Shown: piece after piece, positions 12,506 to 26,460 of the stretch
How positions within the stretch are numbered: the stretch's first letter is position 1
How the letters are laid out: each line of letters opens with the position of its first letter
NCBI GenBank assembly: GCA_035084275.1
Contig: CM068756.1
Location: 8,122,001-8,186,000 of the forward strand
Direction: 5' to 3'
Length of the DNA: 64,000 nt
Origin: Hydrolagus colliei
Lineage: Eukaryota
Notes under the pieces: generated by a model
Databases searched by the model: none
What the model was told of the DNA's origin: nothing
What the model saw: only the letters and a program-made list of their open reading frames with translations
Translations under genes and position numbers: made by a program

Positions 12506-14245
12506 AGAAGGTAGAACACATCACAATGTAGTGTGCATGTGTCAGTCACTTGGATGTTCCAGAGGTTCAAGTCCAATGCCACATGCCAATCTTGCTCAAG
12601 ACTGACTGCTTAATACAGGTCGTAATGTGGTTCTGGCAAATAGATGTGCCCACCATGTAGAAATTTAGTCATCTTGAAATGAACAGTTTGTACTGCGTTA
12701 ATGCAACACTATATTTCCATCATTCAAAACTAATGTCCACTCGTCATCACTTTTCTATGCTCTCCGCTTGTGAACCCAACATGACATTTTTGGAGATAAA
12801 TCAATTTTGCAAGGGGTGCGGGGGGGAAGATAACATTTAAAAGAAAAAGTGAAATGAAAGCTTGGGGTAGAATTATCATCACCGTTAGACTACCTCTGAA
12901 CTGAATTGAAAGTCTGCAGATCAGTAACTAAAGGGTTAATGGTCATACCAGCATTTATGCCTTAGATTGGGTCCCTGTCTGCTAGGAAACGAAAGAGGGT
13001 AATGGAAGTTGAAAGCTATGACATAAATGCAACTCTGAACTTGGTAGATGCCCATTTTCCCTTCTCTCAAACCGCATGAACACATATGTGTTTGGCTGAT
13101 TGAACTTCGAGGAACTAATGAAGTTGCAGAAGCCAGGTCCTGTTTTAGTTGTAGTCAGTTCTTGTTAACCCTTTCCATTGTGATTTTCACTCAATTTCAC
13201 ACATCATTGTGACCCTAAAATGAGATTTTCTTCCTAACTCAGCTGAATACAGCTCTTTGTTTCTTACCTCCATAATGTAACTCCAGTGATATCTCTGTTA
13301 AGCAATTATAACAAATCTAACCCGAGATATCCAAACTACTTTCCATGTATGCCTATTTAATGTTGTTCCCTACACTTACAAATTCATCCTTTACCTCAAT
13401 TTTATTTTCTGACCTATTGAAGTTTGCAATCACGTTTGTGTCTAATCCTAGGTGGCAGGTATGACGTATGTTTTAGACCTGGCAGCAAAATCTATCAGGT
13501 TAAAATTCGCTTGATATTGAATAGATCATGATTTCAAATGACATTACAAAGATGTATCAGACATTTGCCATCAGTCTAATTTATAGTCCTAGCACAGAAA
13601 TAAAATATAGTGGCAATGGTCCATTCACTAAAGATGTACAATATTAACTGTTGAAAGTTACAAAGCTGTTTATTTATATTAGTCTCCTTCATTCCGAAGT
13701 ACTTTTGATTCATTCATTTTTGTTGTGATATAAAAATACCCTACTGAAGACTGTAATCACATTTGTATCTACTGCTATGTGGCAGGAATGATGCATGTCT
13801 TAGACCTACTGGATACCTAGATATAAAATTTACCCACTTACCTAAATACAGTATAATTGTTTAAGTACAGGAATAACTGTTTAACATTAAATGTGGAACA
13901 TCTTTGAAAACAATTATTTTTTATATACCTTTTACATTTCTTAAGCATTTTACTTACATGCAGTAGGTAAAACATTCGCTACCAATTCTGATGTTAATTT
14001 TAAGAAAATATGTAGCAACGATTAGAAATCTAGCCTGAAGATTTTTCCTATATAAATATATATAGAAAATAAATCTCCAATGTTCATCAGTCTTAAACAT
14101 GGTTAACGTATTTTTCCCCAATAAGGTTTTAAATCTCATAAACAGTAGAATATATTGGTTACTTGATAGTGAAAAAACCTCTCGGTATAATATAGCCATG
14201 CAACTTAAAATTTGTTTGCTGGGCATATCAGGCCCGATACTTGTC

Positions 14246-14520
14246 AACAATAACAATTTTCATTAATATAGCACCTTTCATATCAGGAGGATGTTGCAAA
14301 CAAACACAGAGGTAAGTGGGCACACAAATTGCGTGGTGGGGGGTGGGTGGGATGGGAGTAAGGTTAGCTAAGGAAGTGGCAGGTGGGGGCAGGGTCAGGA
14401 GGAAAAGAACAGTTGATAAGATAGATCTTGAGGGAGGTTTTGAAGCCATCAAGGGAGGGAGGACAAGAGAGTGTAGGTGAAGCAGCGGGAACTCCAGGAT
14501 ATGGCAGAACCAAGGTGGGC
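14246..14520 (-). mobile_element. L2 LINE 3' fragment
   Basis: (CAA)-like tail, stem-loop remnant, and minus-strand translation PPSLDGFKTSLKIYL resembling the L2 ORF2 C-terminus. Confidence 0.7.
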
Positions 14521-15039
14521 CGATATTTGGAAATAAAACTCAATGACATAGGTATTGCTATGTTTTCCAGAGCTAATTTTATTCAGTAACACAAGACAAC
14601 AACAACAAAATTACATTTATGGACAAATCCAGCAAAGGCTTTAAAATTTCCACTGATTAAAATTCTAGTAAAACATGCATCCTGACAATTGCAGCGTTCA
14701 TGTTTTCTGTGTTTATCTATTAGAGCATGAAAGCTAAAGAAGATTAGCACAGCTGTGTTTGTGATCTGTTTGGTTCTAACACAGACCTGGCAAATTCTAT
14801 TCTTCTGTCACTGAATATTTCCTTTGTCATTGGAACAAAAGCATGATGATCAGTGTTTAAAATTTTTGAAAGAAGATGCTGACTTGCAATTAGAGAACTT
14901 AAATCAGCAGTTTCAAAGTAATATTTGTGATGTTTTAACTTGGGCATAAACATATCTTTACAAACTGCATTTCAATTTGACTGTATTATAGCTGGATTTC
15001 TGTTGATTCTTCAGATAGATTCATCTTTTTTGCCCAGTA

Positions 15040-15790
15040 AGGTTTTCAATTATTTAAAATCAATTCCAAAGAACAATTATTCGTCCATCTGCTTTTAAAT
15101 GGAAAGGTTGACATTTCACATTTAATTGGCAACAATGCTATAAGCAACATTCAGTTTTCCTCTTCCTTTTATATAAAATGACAATAGATGTGCGTTGGTA
15201 TACACTCGCATTATATGAAGAGGCATTGTGTTAACCCCTCCACTGGCCCATTATGGAAAAAAAGCTCTAATTATAGTATTCGGCTCTCGCACTGTTTGGA
15301 GGGCGACTTTTATTCGTTAATTTGATCGTTTTAAACCTTTTACTAAAACCATGCATTTCCCATTCACAACAAACGCTAAGTTTCTCTGCCATTGTGAAAG
15401 TTACTTGGTCTTGTCAGAAGAAAGTAACAGCTGTGCAAACCACTGCATAACCTGAGAAGCATTATTTTGTATAAATAAATGAAGAGGCTGTTAACCGTGC
15501 ATAGCAGTGGAATCAACTTTGAATAATGGAGTTTTCTGTCACAATATCCAAATTGCAAACTATTTCTTGAACAGTAATCTCTAATTAGCACCAACTGTTC
15601 AATGGCAACGTTTCATTAATAACTCTATTGTACCCAGAGCTATAAGTGTGCTACATTCTGTCAGGCACACAGAGTGCGAAGTTGAAATAGCAATGGATTT
15701 GATGACAAAGATGCTTCCAAATGATTTGACAATGGGGTTGACAAACAATACATTTGCTCCCTGGTTTCTTCTATTTTTATGGCAGAAAAT
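15040..15790. promoter_or_regulatory. Candidate conserved enhancer
   Basis: Multiple SOX sites (ACAAT/CATTGT), TAATTA homeodomain sites, RFX-like GTTCAATGGCAAC (~15597) and retained CpGs. Confidence 0.5.
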
Positions 15791-16504
15791 TGGACCTTGG
15801 GTGTTTCATTTGATTATAGTATAACTTTGTAATATAATAGTGTTCTGGTTACAGAAACCATAAGCCACGATGTACAGTACCATTGCTGTAATACTACCTT
15901 GGCTACTCTCACTGTCACATCATTTTGGAATAAGCAATTTCACTATCGGTTAAACATGATGCAAAGGGAACACAAACAATCATATTATAATAAAATTGTT
16001 ACACATCTATTTCTTCTTGGAATATTCAGCAACATTTTGCAGCCACATGCATTGAATTAAAGTGACAAGGGGTCAAATGCAGAAACACTAATTCACTGTG
16101 CACTTGAATATGAGTATTGGATGATAATTTAATCTATGCAGCATTGTAATTATTAATGTCTAGTAAGAATTACGAGAGGTTACTGTGGGTGTTGCAATAC
16201 TTCCCAGATTAGGAGCTATGCCCAGTGAATCATAGGATACCAATATTTCCACTGCAGTCAAATAATGTAAGCAATAGATCATCTGCTCTCCAACCAACTG
16301 CAGTACGGTACTTGTGTACTTGAGTCAGGCAATCATGTAATTACATCAGCCACAGTGTCAGATCTTACCCAGCTCAACATAGATGGGAGCTTCACCTGCT
16401 TTCCTGTGATCATTCCATCTAGTCTTACTGTGCCATACCCCTAAAATCCCCAATACTGTTGTGGATTGAAATAGACTGGAACAGAAATTGCAGAACCACA
16501 AAGG

Positions 16505-16880
16505 TTTCAAGCGCTCTGGGACATCTTCCCAATGTGAAAGGCACCATACAAATTTAAAATGTATTGTGTTGGCCCAAATTCAAGTTGAATCATTGATGCA
16601 AAATGCTCAATGCAGGCACACACATCTAATTTAACATGCTAGGAAAAGTGATCGAGGCCAGGATACTGGACTTCTTTATAGTGCAGCTTGATTCTGTGAT
16701 GCTGTTGGTCTATTGCATAACAATAACAACAAAATTACATTTGTATAGCTCCTTTCACGTCGGGTGGACATCCCAAGGCGCTGGATAATTAGTGTTTCAG
16801 ACCCGAGCTTGGGTCGGGATCGGATACATGGAGGGAAAGGAGGGTATTTGGGGTGACTGATGGGAGAATATTGATAAGAT
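16505..16880. mobile_element. Two L2 3' ends tail-to-tail (+ ~16505-16570; - ~16718-16880)
   Basis: agcgctctgggacatcttcccaatgtgaaaggcacc and cctttcacgtcgggtggacatcccaaggcgctgg. Confidence 0.75.
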
Positions 16881-17199
16881 AAATTGAAGTGAACAATGCC
16901 AACTTCATAAGCCCCAAACTGTTTGAAATTCCATTATCTAAAACATCTTTATATCCATTCACCAATTCTCTTTAGGAGTTTAAAAACGTTTATGATGATT
17001 CTCCTTCCCAGCTTGATCTGCTTCATCCAATGGTGACTCATGTTTGTCCCTGTAAAGCATTTCAACATGAAGTGTTTATAATATAATAGTATAATATTAA
17101 TAAGTGTTTCTGTGGAAAGAGCCATCTAAGTAAGTATATAGTATATATAAGTTGTTGCTATTTACACTTCACTGAAACCCAATACTGTGCCATCCTTAT

Positions 17200-17760
17200 G
17201 GTCTTTATTTTAACCCTTTTCAATGCAGCTTCGTGTGTGCTTGTGAAGAGGAAGAGCGAACGACAAATGAGTCACACTGTAGTGCATAATGTGCCCTTGT
17301 ATGATTTCCAACTAAAAACAATCTGGGTGTTTGCCAGTGAGGCAGAACAGCATGCTGTCAGAGTGGCAAACATCTGTGCGCTGCAAATCACAGCACCTTC
17401 CCCCTGCTCCACCACCACCCCGTATCCACCACTGTATGATGTGATGCAACCATGCTAATTCAAGATGATTATGTGCTTACTGATTCAGTGAACATTTTTT
17501 AAAAAAAATTATGAACATGAATGTAATTCACCCAACTAATTTAAAGGTAATCGTCTTCGATCAGGCTGGCAGATGCAATTATGAACGATTTTAGGAGATT
17601 AGCAAGAAGCAGAATTAAAAATATCAATGAACGTCTCTTGACAGCCGATTTATATTGTAAATATTTCATCCATCTCTGACAACATGAATATATTTCAACT
17701 GCATTTATCTACAAAAATCACCTTCTGTGTAGTTTGACCTGCAAAATTACAGATCACAAG
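17200..17760. promoter_or_regulatory. Candidate conserved enhancer
   Basis: TTAACCCTTT, AP-1 TGAGTCA, MEIS TGACAG and posterior-HOX-like GATTTAT. Confidence 0.4.
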
Positions 17761-19269
17761 GTTCAGATGAAGAAGGCACTTCGGCTCAAAAAAGTAGTAT
17801 AAATATACAGTAGTAGTTCTTCATTATTGCACTCCAATAAGCCATAACCTTTGGATCGCTCATGGTCAATTGGTCTTTCTTTTACACACACACACATACA
17901 CACACTAAATACAATTCTAACCTCCCAGTCAGCATAAAACGCAAGTTAAAAAATACAATGTTAACGAGGCAATTTTTGTGGTAGTGCACACCACCTTTCC
18001 AGTTAAAAGTAACCCCTTTGATCAAGAAATTCTTGATGCATTTCTGACATAAACATTGCAACTCACAATCTACTTGCAGGCTGTGCTTCCCTCTTAAATT
18101 GGCTGCGTTGTTGCCACAGGTCATTACACAGAAACATTCAAACACTATCTCAGAGGCGGAATCAAGATCTGCACAGGAGTTGATGCCTCAAAAATGTATA
18201 ACAAACTGCAAAAAACAATGAACAGTTGGGATATCTAGTAGGTTAGTCATTTGTACTATTTTACAAGCAAAACAGACGCCAGCAAAAGGAGACAGTCTAT
18301 TTGGAGGTACAAGTAAAAATCCCAGGTGTTCTGTCAAATGTTCCCTAATGGAAAGCTTCTCTTTTTTTTGCCCAGGTTACCAGATGGAGTACTGTTAGGT
18401 ACAGGCCACTACATTTTAAAGGAAGAGAAATGGAAGCATCTTCTGTTGACCAATCAAGGGTAATAGCAGCTAAAACGTCTGATTTAGATTACCTTCACCT
18501 CAGTGTCTGAGCCAAAGCGGAAGCCTGACATCACTAGAGATGTAATGGGAGGGAAAATATAATGGAGATGAGCCTGAGATTTGTTCAATTTGCAGGGCCT
18601 GAGATAAAATTTATCCCAGATGTGTCACCCGAATACGCTTTTGTGGCTGCATAAAATGTTGTCGACAGTAGTCTCAGCGGAGCTCTAGATGTGAACACAC
18701 ACACACACACACACGTAAAAGAAGCTGACCATAGTTTTGGCCTAAATTAATAATTGAGTGAAGGGAGTTTTACTTTGCATCTTGTCATGCTATACTCAAC
18801 CCGGAAACACAAAATGCTCCAAACAAATAAACAGCTACGATAAAAGGACTCCACTACAATATGAAGACTATTTTACAACTCGTGATCAAGTAATTCATTG
18901 TGCTAAAATCCACAAGTGGGATAGACTCACGTTTTTACAGCATTTATTATTCATGTAATGAGCCATTAGCTGTCCAAGTATCCAGAAGACTGACATTCAG
19001 ACAGTGATGCTGTAATATTTACACTGGACAGCTGTGTCTGGTGATCTGAATACAGCGGGGAGCATCATTGGTATTAGAGCTAATGTAAATCACACAGAGA
19101 TGGTGATCAGATAGTAGGTATAGGCAGAGCCAGAGGCACAGCTAAACAGTAGCTTGTTTGAATATAATAATCCATGCATTTGATATATCTTCTTATCATG
19201 TTCTGGGAATGTAAAATCAACTTGTGGAAAAATGAACAAGTTAGAACTGGGCTAGTTGGAAAAGGGAGG

Positions 19270-19400
19270 TCAATATTTTATAAGAAGCAAAAGAGAGCTG
19301 GTGAAGAGGGCAAGGCCAATAAGTGGGTTAAGACTGGGGTTAAGTGGGTTGTGAAGTTGCCAGCGAAGGTAGTAAGGTTAGGGCTCAATGGTAAGTAAAA
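19270..19400 (-). mobile_element. Possible decayed L2 ORF2 fragment
   Basis: Purine-rich plus strand; translation LSPNLTTFAGNFTTHLTPVLTHLLALPSS weakly resembles the L2 pre-RT segment. Confidence 0.3.
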
Positions 19401-20129
19401 GTGGGGCCATTCAGGAAAGGAGGTCAGGACTATATCTTCATCAGGTACAGTGGACTTGAGAACCGCAAGTGTAAGATATAGCAATTGTTCTCATCAATTA
19501 TCACACATTTTAGATTGTATTGCATGAGCACATCAGATGAGATTGTATTATTGCTTTCAGGAACATGTGCCAATAGAAAAATTATTTGTCTATGAGGTGA
19601 ATAGTTTTAAAATGCACGTTACTATGGTCAATATATTGTGCTTTTTTATTCACGAACTTTCATGAAGAGAATTATTCATCAAACATCATCCCTGCAATTG
19701 CTTTGTGACAACTGACCTCTACCTGACCTTTATTTGCCGCTAATAGCTACGTTGCAGAATGTCTAATGTTTCCACCAAATGACCCAAACATTAACAATAA
19801 GCAAAAGGTTCACATTTGACATTTCCCTTTAAAAGGGATGGACTGTCAGCAGGTTTGTTAAAAATGTTGTCTGATATCCTCATGCCTGAAAGCATTGCCA
19901 AATGCTAATAAGTTATTAGAATTACAGTAGCCTTTCTATAGCAAAGAAATGAAGAGCTGGCATATATTTATTCCAAAAATGCTGAATGTATCTGTATTTA
20001 CCACATGAAGGACTTTAGTCACCAAGCAGTTTAGATTAAAATAGTGATGAAGGGTATCATATTGATAATATACTTTGGAACACTTTGATGTTAGTCTGAC
20101 TCAATTGATAAATTGTGTCCTTAATGCAA

Positions 20130-20300
20130 ATAGTAATATTAATCCTTCTATTTGATATAGCACTTTTCATGTCTTCTAGACATCTCAAAGTGCTTCACAG
20201 AATATACTGCAAAGTGAATTGACTGTATATTTGTGGGCGAAACATGACAGCCAATTGCGCACAGCAGTGTCCCACAAACATCATGGATTCGAGTGACCAC
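20130..20300 (-). mobile_element. DeuSINE-type SINE 3' fragment (elephant-shark SINE2-1_CM-like)
   Basis: tttgatatagcacttttcatgtcttctagacatctcaaagtgcttcacagaatatactgcaaagtgaattgactg...gccaattgcgcacagc; high identity to the 44755, 49883 and 60547 copies. Confidence 0.85.
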
Positions 20301-20575
20301 AATGACCTCAGCATCTGCAGGCTCACATCGAGCTAGTGTTCCCGCTCTGAATCGTCACCAAGTATCTAATCACGCAGCTGCTTATGTACGATTTTGAGGG
20401 AGGACGGGGTCAAGCTCAACTCCTAATCTTTCTCGAGCCAAAGAGCCTGCCCACAAACACTTTTCAGGCTCGCAAACAAAGAACAGGCACGTGGACAAAA
20501 TCCTGCACAGTGCTTGTAGAACATAGTCCAGGATCACTCACCACTCTCAGGCAGGGAGGAAAGGGAGATAAGGGA
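20300..20575 (+). mobile_element. Ancient SINE-like repeat, 3' part
   Basis: Weak similarity to 35218-35465 (gaggacggggtcaagctcaact vs gtcgggattggactcggct) and to a remembered old chondrichthyan SINE family. Confidence 0.4.
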
Positions 20576-23168
20576 AGTATGAGGAGGTGCGAGATATCAC
20601 TGGGAAAAATCCATGTAGTAGGACTCTAGCCCATCAGACAATTGTCAGAACTCGCCAGGGAAAAGATCTTTGATCCATTATTTGGTCATTCAAAAAAAAA
20701 CTCTGATCAGTCGGGTAACCAGTAGTAGAAGAGTGCTTTATCTTTCGGAATACTGCCGTCCTTTATATACTGAAAAAGCTTTTCACTTTAATACTACAAT
20801 AACATCAAAACGGTTCAGTATCTGATATTTGAATTGCCTGGCTGGCACGCAACAAAGCTGCCACAGCTTTTTACTTCAAGCATTTATAGTGCTTATGAGG
20901 CACATTCACTTATTTTTGATCTTTTGATTGTGGCTTCTGTCTTCGGCATCGGAAGGCAAAGCAACGGGGGAAAAAAATCAATTTGTACATATTTTATGTG
21001 TATTAATGCGCTATTGATTATCTGAAGCTTTTTTAATGCACTCATTACGCAGACGGATTAAAGGAATACTTAACCTGCCATTGTACTACAGTATATAAAT
21101 GTAAGTGGTGCAATAAAGCAGACACATGTGAAACTTGAGAAGAATTATACTTGCTTAGTTACTTCTAACCTTTTCATATTTGAGAAAAGTACTGTAAGGA
21201 AAGAAAATTGGCATGGAATTCATTGTTAGTCTTTAGGTATAAATAGAAATATTTTAAAACAATGAACCAAAAATGTGGGGCAAAAAAACACCCTAGTGCC
21301 CGTTCATTTAAGACTATCACATTACATTACATCATTCCCACATTTGTACACTGCTTTTTATTGTAAAGGCATATCTAAAGCTTTTCCAGATCAAGGAATC
21401 TGGACAGTACCTGGGAGAAAATCCAAATGCAATAATTGCATTTTTTTAAAACAATCTACAAATATACTGTAATGACATTCCATTCACAGGCACTGAATTT
21501 AAAAGTTACAGCACCCATTTACCATTTACCCAGTTCTGCAGTGCTCTATGAAGGATCTCTTATGTCAGACTAGAACCAGCATTGAGTGCAGCACTGCTAA
21601 TCCACCATGTTATCATGGTCTCACAGTTTTCCTGAGTTTTTCATCTTTGGAAATCCCAAGAATTAATATTCCAATTTAAAAACAAAATCTTTCCAATTCT
21701 TTGCAGCTTGATTTATGCATTACAGTACTGGGGTTTCCTTAAATGTCAAAGCGCATACACTACAGAGATATTTCCCTGACCATGCTGGTAATCAAAATAG
21801 TTTTATCCAATATACAGCACTTTGACTGATCCCTCAGCGACTGACTATTCACTTGTTACATATTTTCAAGACCTTTCGATGAAAGATGGTTCTAACTGTA
21901 TGTTGCCACCAGTTAAATCAGTTTAACCGATTCATGGGGTAGAGCAGAACTAAGGCAGAATCAACACATTTGATTGAAAAAAAGGAAATAAAAAGATTTA
22001 GTGAAACATAGCTCTCTAACTCTGTATAATAAAATACAAATGTGTGATGCCTTTGGTCCATGATTTTGGTATCCAATTTAATGTTGTGAAGACTTTCATT
22101 GTGCAAGATTATTAATGGCTGTGATTTTCTAACCTTGCAGGAATTCATTAAAATTCCTTTCAGATGTTTAGTTCGGTAGGTATTTAGTCTAGTTTTATCA
22201 AATCGCAGCTGTTTATAATTTCACAGAAACAACCTGCTATTGACAGCTTTGCTTTCCCATAATATCTATGCATATGTTTTCTGGTCTATTGCTGCAATTT
22301 CCAAGGAGACTTCATCGGGGTCTTTTCAAATTTCAATCCATTTTCTGTTCTCTTACACCATCATTCATTCCAGTTGATCGCCCATTTTATAATGCTAATT
22401 GTGGGTGTATGGTTTTAAGTTTCTCTACTGTCAGGTGGTCAGTGGATCTATGGGATATTTTTAATCGAATGTGACAGCTGATGGAACTGATCTCATTGAA
22501 AGGACATGTGATATGGGCAATGAATGAATGTAGTGACCCTCAATGAACATATTAATGGACACCATTATTCAAACTCCCGAGTGTCATTATATAAAAAGGA
22601 CAAAACTAAATTCTGAATCGGTTTTAAGTCATTCTGTTTGCAATCACTTTAGCACAAATATCACAAGCAGGAAAACAACGAGTGGGCACTGCCTTACATT
22701 TAAGAAAAGTAAAGTCCAACAAACGTTGACTCAGCTTTGCACATATGTTGCAAACATTGCGTGTGAATGTTGGTTACTGTACAATAAAAATATTTGATCA
22801 TCCATCTGCCTAACTCGCGGTTTAGGAAATAAAACTGGTTATGTCTAAGAACAGATAATTATTTGGAATAGTATATCTTTAACCAATATTTTAGGACAGA
22901 AGCATGCATCCAATATCCCGTGGGTATTGTTAGTTTCACTATCTGCGCAATGATATTTAATATTTAGCAATAATGAAAACAAAAGTATGAACACAAACGT
23001 ACAAACATTACAGGCAACCAACCTGCCTCAAGCAGATTATAACAGCTTTATAACAAATGGCAAATGATGTAAGCACAGGCCACAAGAGCCATGGAGACTG
23101 TTGAACCAGGGGTTCATCAACATGGTAAAATAAAAGTTATTGATATGCATCAAAGTAATTTTGTTTCA

Positions 23169-23403
23169 GAAACAAAACCAGAAGTCGCTGGGAACACTCA
23201 ACAAATCAGAGAGCATCTACGGAGAAAGGAAAAGTAAGTCAATGTTTCAGGTCCACGACCATTCATCAGAACATGCTGATGAAAGTCGTGGACCCGAAAC
23301 ACTGACTCACTTTTCCTTTCTCCATAGATGCTGTCTGACCTGTTGAATGTTCACAGTGATTTCTGTTTTTGTTTCAGATTTTCAGCATCTGCAGTATTTT
23401 GCA
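23169..23403. mobile_element. Penelope-derived fold-back element with decayed hammerhead cores
   Basis: ~100-bp imperfect inverted arms centred near 23272; CTGATGA...GAAAC on both strands; homologous to 50490-50833. Confidence 0.8.
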
Positions 23404-25169
23404 TTTGGGGATTTGTTTCTGGTTTAAGTTGCTAATATTCACAGAACAAATTAGGGGAAACATCTCAAAACATTTGACTTGAAGAAACTGATTTTACTGA
23501 AAAATATAGTGACTGTATATTTTTTAAGCAAATTTCACCCACACCAATTAAGGTATAATATATACAGAAATTCAGAACGCACAAAGTTTAGCAAAACAGT
23601 TTTTTTTAAATTTAAACCAGTTTGTAATACAGATCAATATATTATTATGGCTGAGAAAAAAAAATGAACACAATAATTAAACATGTAGCCTCAGAGTTTA
23701 AAAAATGTCTGTGAGTTGTTCCGGTTATGTCTTTGTTAACAAATATGCTGTGCCTGGTATGTGCTTTCCAACTCAGTTTCTGAGAGTGCATATCAGGATA
23801 TGTCGTGAAGGCTATCCCTTAATTCATCTTGTCTCAGTTGCCCATTTTTCTGCAGCCAATTAATTTGAGCTGACGCAAAGGCCAATTCAGTTTAAAGTAC
23901 ACTGTGTAAATGATACCAAGTCCACATAGGTCTGACAGAGTTTCACTTTGTATTCTGTCTGGGTAAGTGGGTTATCCAAAATGAAAGTAATTTATCTAGC
24001 TCACAGATCTCTTATGCTGCTTTTGATACCTGAACACACATAAAGCCCAAGTTGCAAAGTTAACTATTTAGTTTGAAGCTTGCTCATCACAAGCCAATGG
24101 TTTGTGGCAGACTCCCCTCCTGAGGGGAGAGCAAATGTGTTTATAATACATGTCACTTGGACTTCTAGTAGCCAACAGCAAGTGATTATTTCCACTGGCT
24201 TCGCTGTGTCTTGTTGTGAACCAATGTCTCATTGTGAAGTGTTCACATTTACATATTGTACCACATGTGTATTATTATATATACTGTATTAGTGTTCTAC
24301 CGCTTGTATGTGAAGGATCAATGAGTTGGTAGCACTGTGGCCGATGAGTTAAGCTGTTTTCTCTCTCGCAAATGAATTCATTTTAGCAACATGTTATCCA
24401 TCCAAATATTCTGGTAATTTTGAAGAGCATTAGTCATCTGGGGTTAAAATGGTTTGCAGAGTGCACATCATTTAGTAACAATTCCCATGTGTGTTGCATT
24501 AAGGCTACAATGAGGTGCATGTGTTAAGGATGGATTTTAACACATCAGGAACCTTTTAGTCACCAAACAAGGTAAGATAAATTCTGGTGTAGATTTGTGC
24601 ATACTATTAATTATACTGGTTAGATTATTAGCAGAAATTCAAACTAATTTCTAAATTGGTGTTCGCTCGCTAATTGTGCTGCAGACAATCTTGGATAAAG
24701 GAGGAACCAAGACTGAATGAAAAGGGAATGAGAGCTTTTACAACAGTTCTCAGCCCTTCCTTATCATTGTGCCCAATGCAACATTTGGGTTTTGTTTTGC
24801 CCCAGACTGTGGAATTTCCAACAATGCCCATAGAATAAAGAGCCCTACATACCTCATAGCACCCAAACAAAATCACTGTAACCCCTTCTCTCTTCAATTT
24901 CTCTCTTATAACTGAGATTCTTTTCCTGAATGAGGCTATTTGCATTTTGCTAGAGACCAATATGCCTTTTGTCTTCCTTTTTCGACCTTTAGTACTTTTT
25001 TCTTTAAATTATTTCACATTCACAAATACCTTGACATTCTGAAGTTTTGTTCACCTAGCTGCTCTTAGCTGAAATAGATTCAATTTGAATATAGAGCAGA
25101 TTACTGTTTTCAAGCAAGTTCTCTGAAGATTTTTTAAAAAAAGACAGTGAAACAAAACACATTCTCTTA

Positions 25170-26460
25170 ACAATTACTTCTATTTTACAATTTGTTCATT
25201 TATAAACTTTTAATTTTGTGTGCCGAACAGGCAAGGTTAAAAGTGCCTTTGTATCAACACAATATACAATTGATATTTGCCCTCAGCATTTTCCAGCAGT
25301 GTGAATTTATGTCACACAAAATATAATATGGGTTAATGTGGTACCGCAATAAACTCACTCTGGCATAGATCTGATTCGATCCAAGATGGCAGTCGACTTT
25401 CTTTTGCAATCTCTTTTCAATGCATGCACAACTTACATTTATACAGCAACTTCCCTGTGAAAAAAACATATGGGAAGGAATCACAACATAAGAAATGAAA
25501 TGATTGTGGTTAAATAGGCAAATGCAGCACCAAAGAGCACGAATCTTTGCCTGAGGTTTGGGCACGGGGCCGATATGAGACCCAAACTTTAGGAGTATAT
25601 TTTCTCTGCTGTCACTGAAAGCTCTATCAATCTAATAATTACAGGCAGCATATCTGTCTGTTCCGATCAATGTGCTAGCTTTCCAAGGCTTTAAAACAAA
25701 CTTGCATTATGGAGTACAGCATTTGCTATTAAGGACTGTATTGCTTTTCAAAGAGTTGGAAACAGTTTTGTGGCTTACTAGCAGGAAAGCAATGAAAGAC
25801 CACAGAGCCACACTGCCCAAACCACCAAAACTTCAAACTGCAGAAAGCCCAAGATATGTCTAACAGCACTGAACACTAAAGTGGGTAATAGAGACAAATA
25901 GACGCATGATTGTTTTTTTTAGTGGGGGGAAATACTTTATAAGGGAAGAAAAAGAGAAACTCAATTGGTTGTGATCCCATTAATCGTTCAAGAATTTTGA
26001 TTAAGTACTCTGAAGCAAGGAAAAAAAGATGCCAGGCAGTCTTAAATAATTTAAGATCATAAGAGTGGTAGGACATGATAAATAATTAATAAGTGAGAAT
26101 CCGAAAAGTCTCTGCTGTGTCTCAGCTTTGAAAATACAGGAAATATATTGGTCACAATGGTTAATATCTACATATCTCCAACGAAACAACATTAGATCAA
26201 TATTTTTTTCAATCCCTCATGAAGAAGAAACCACAACTAAGAAACGTCATTACCCATTACCATTTGTCAAAGCTGTAATAAGAATGGCATGGCTTGATCT
26301 TCAAGAGTAAGCTGGTGGTGAACAATAGGTTTGTCCTTTGAGTCCATGTATTATCTTTGACCTAATAGCAGGAAGTAATTACATAGCTCAAAGCAAAAAA
26401 TCACCCGTGGTGTTTTGTTGATGCTTTGTATTGATTAATGCACTCAGTTTTTTGGCTGGA
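25170..26460. promoter_or_regulatory. Candidate conserved enhancer cluster
   Basis: YY1-like CAAGATGGC (25382), TGATTAAT (26432) and dense TAAT motifs; repeat-free. Confidence 0.4.

Noticed and set aside
12930-13174. piggyBac-type element from TTAACCC ends
   Set aside because: The motifs face outward and there is no extended TIR similarity.
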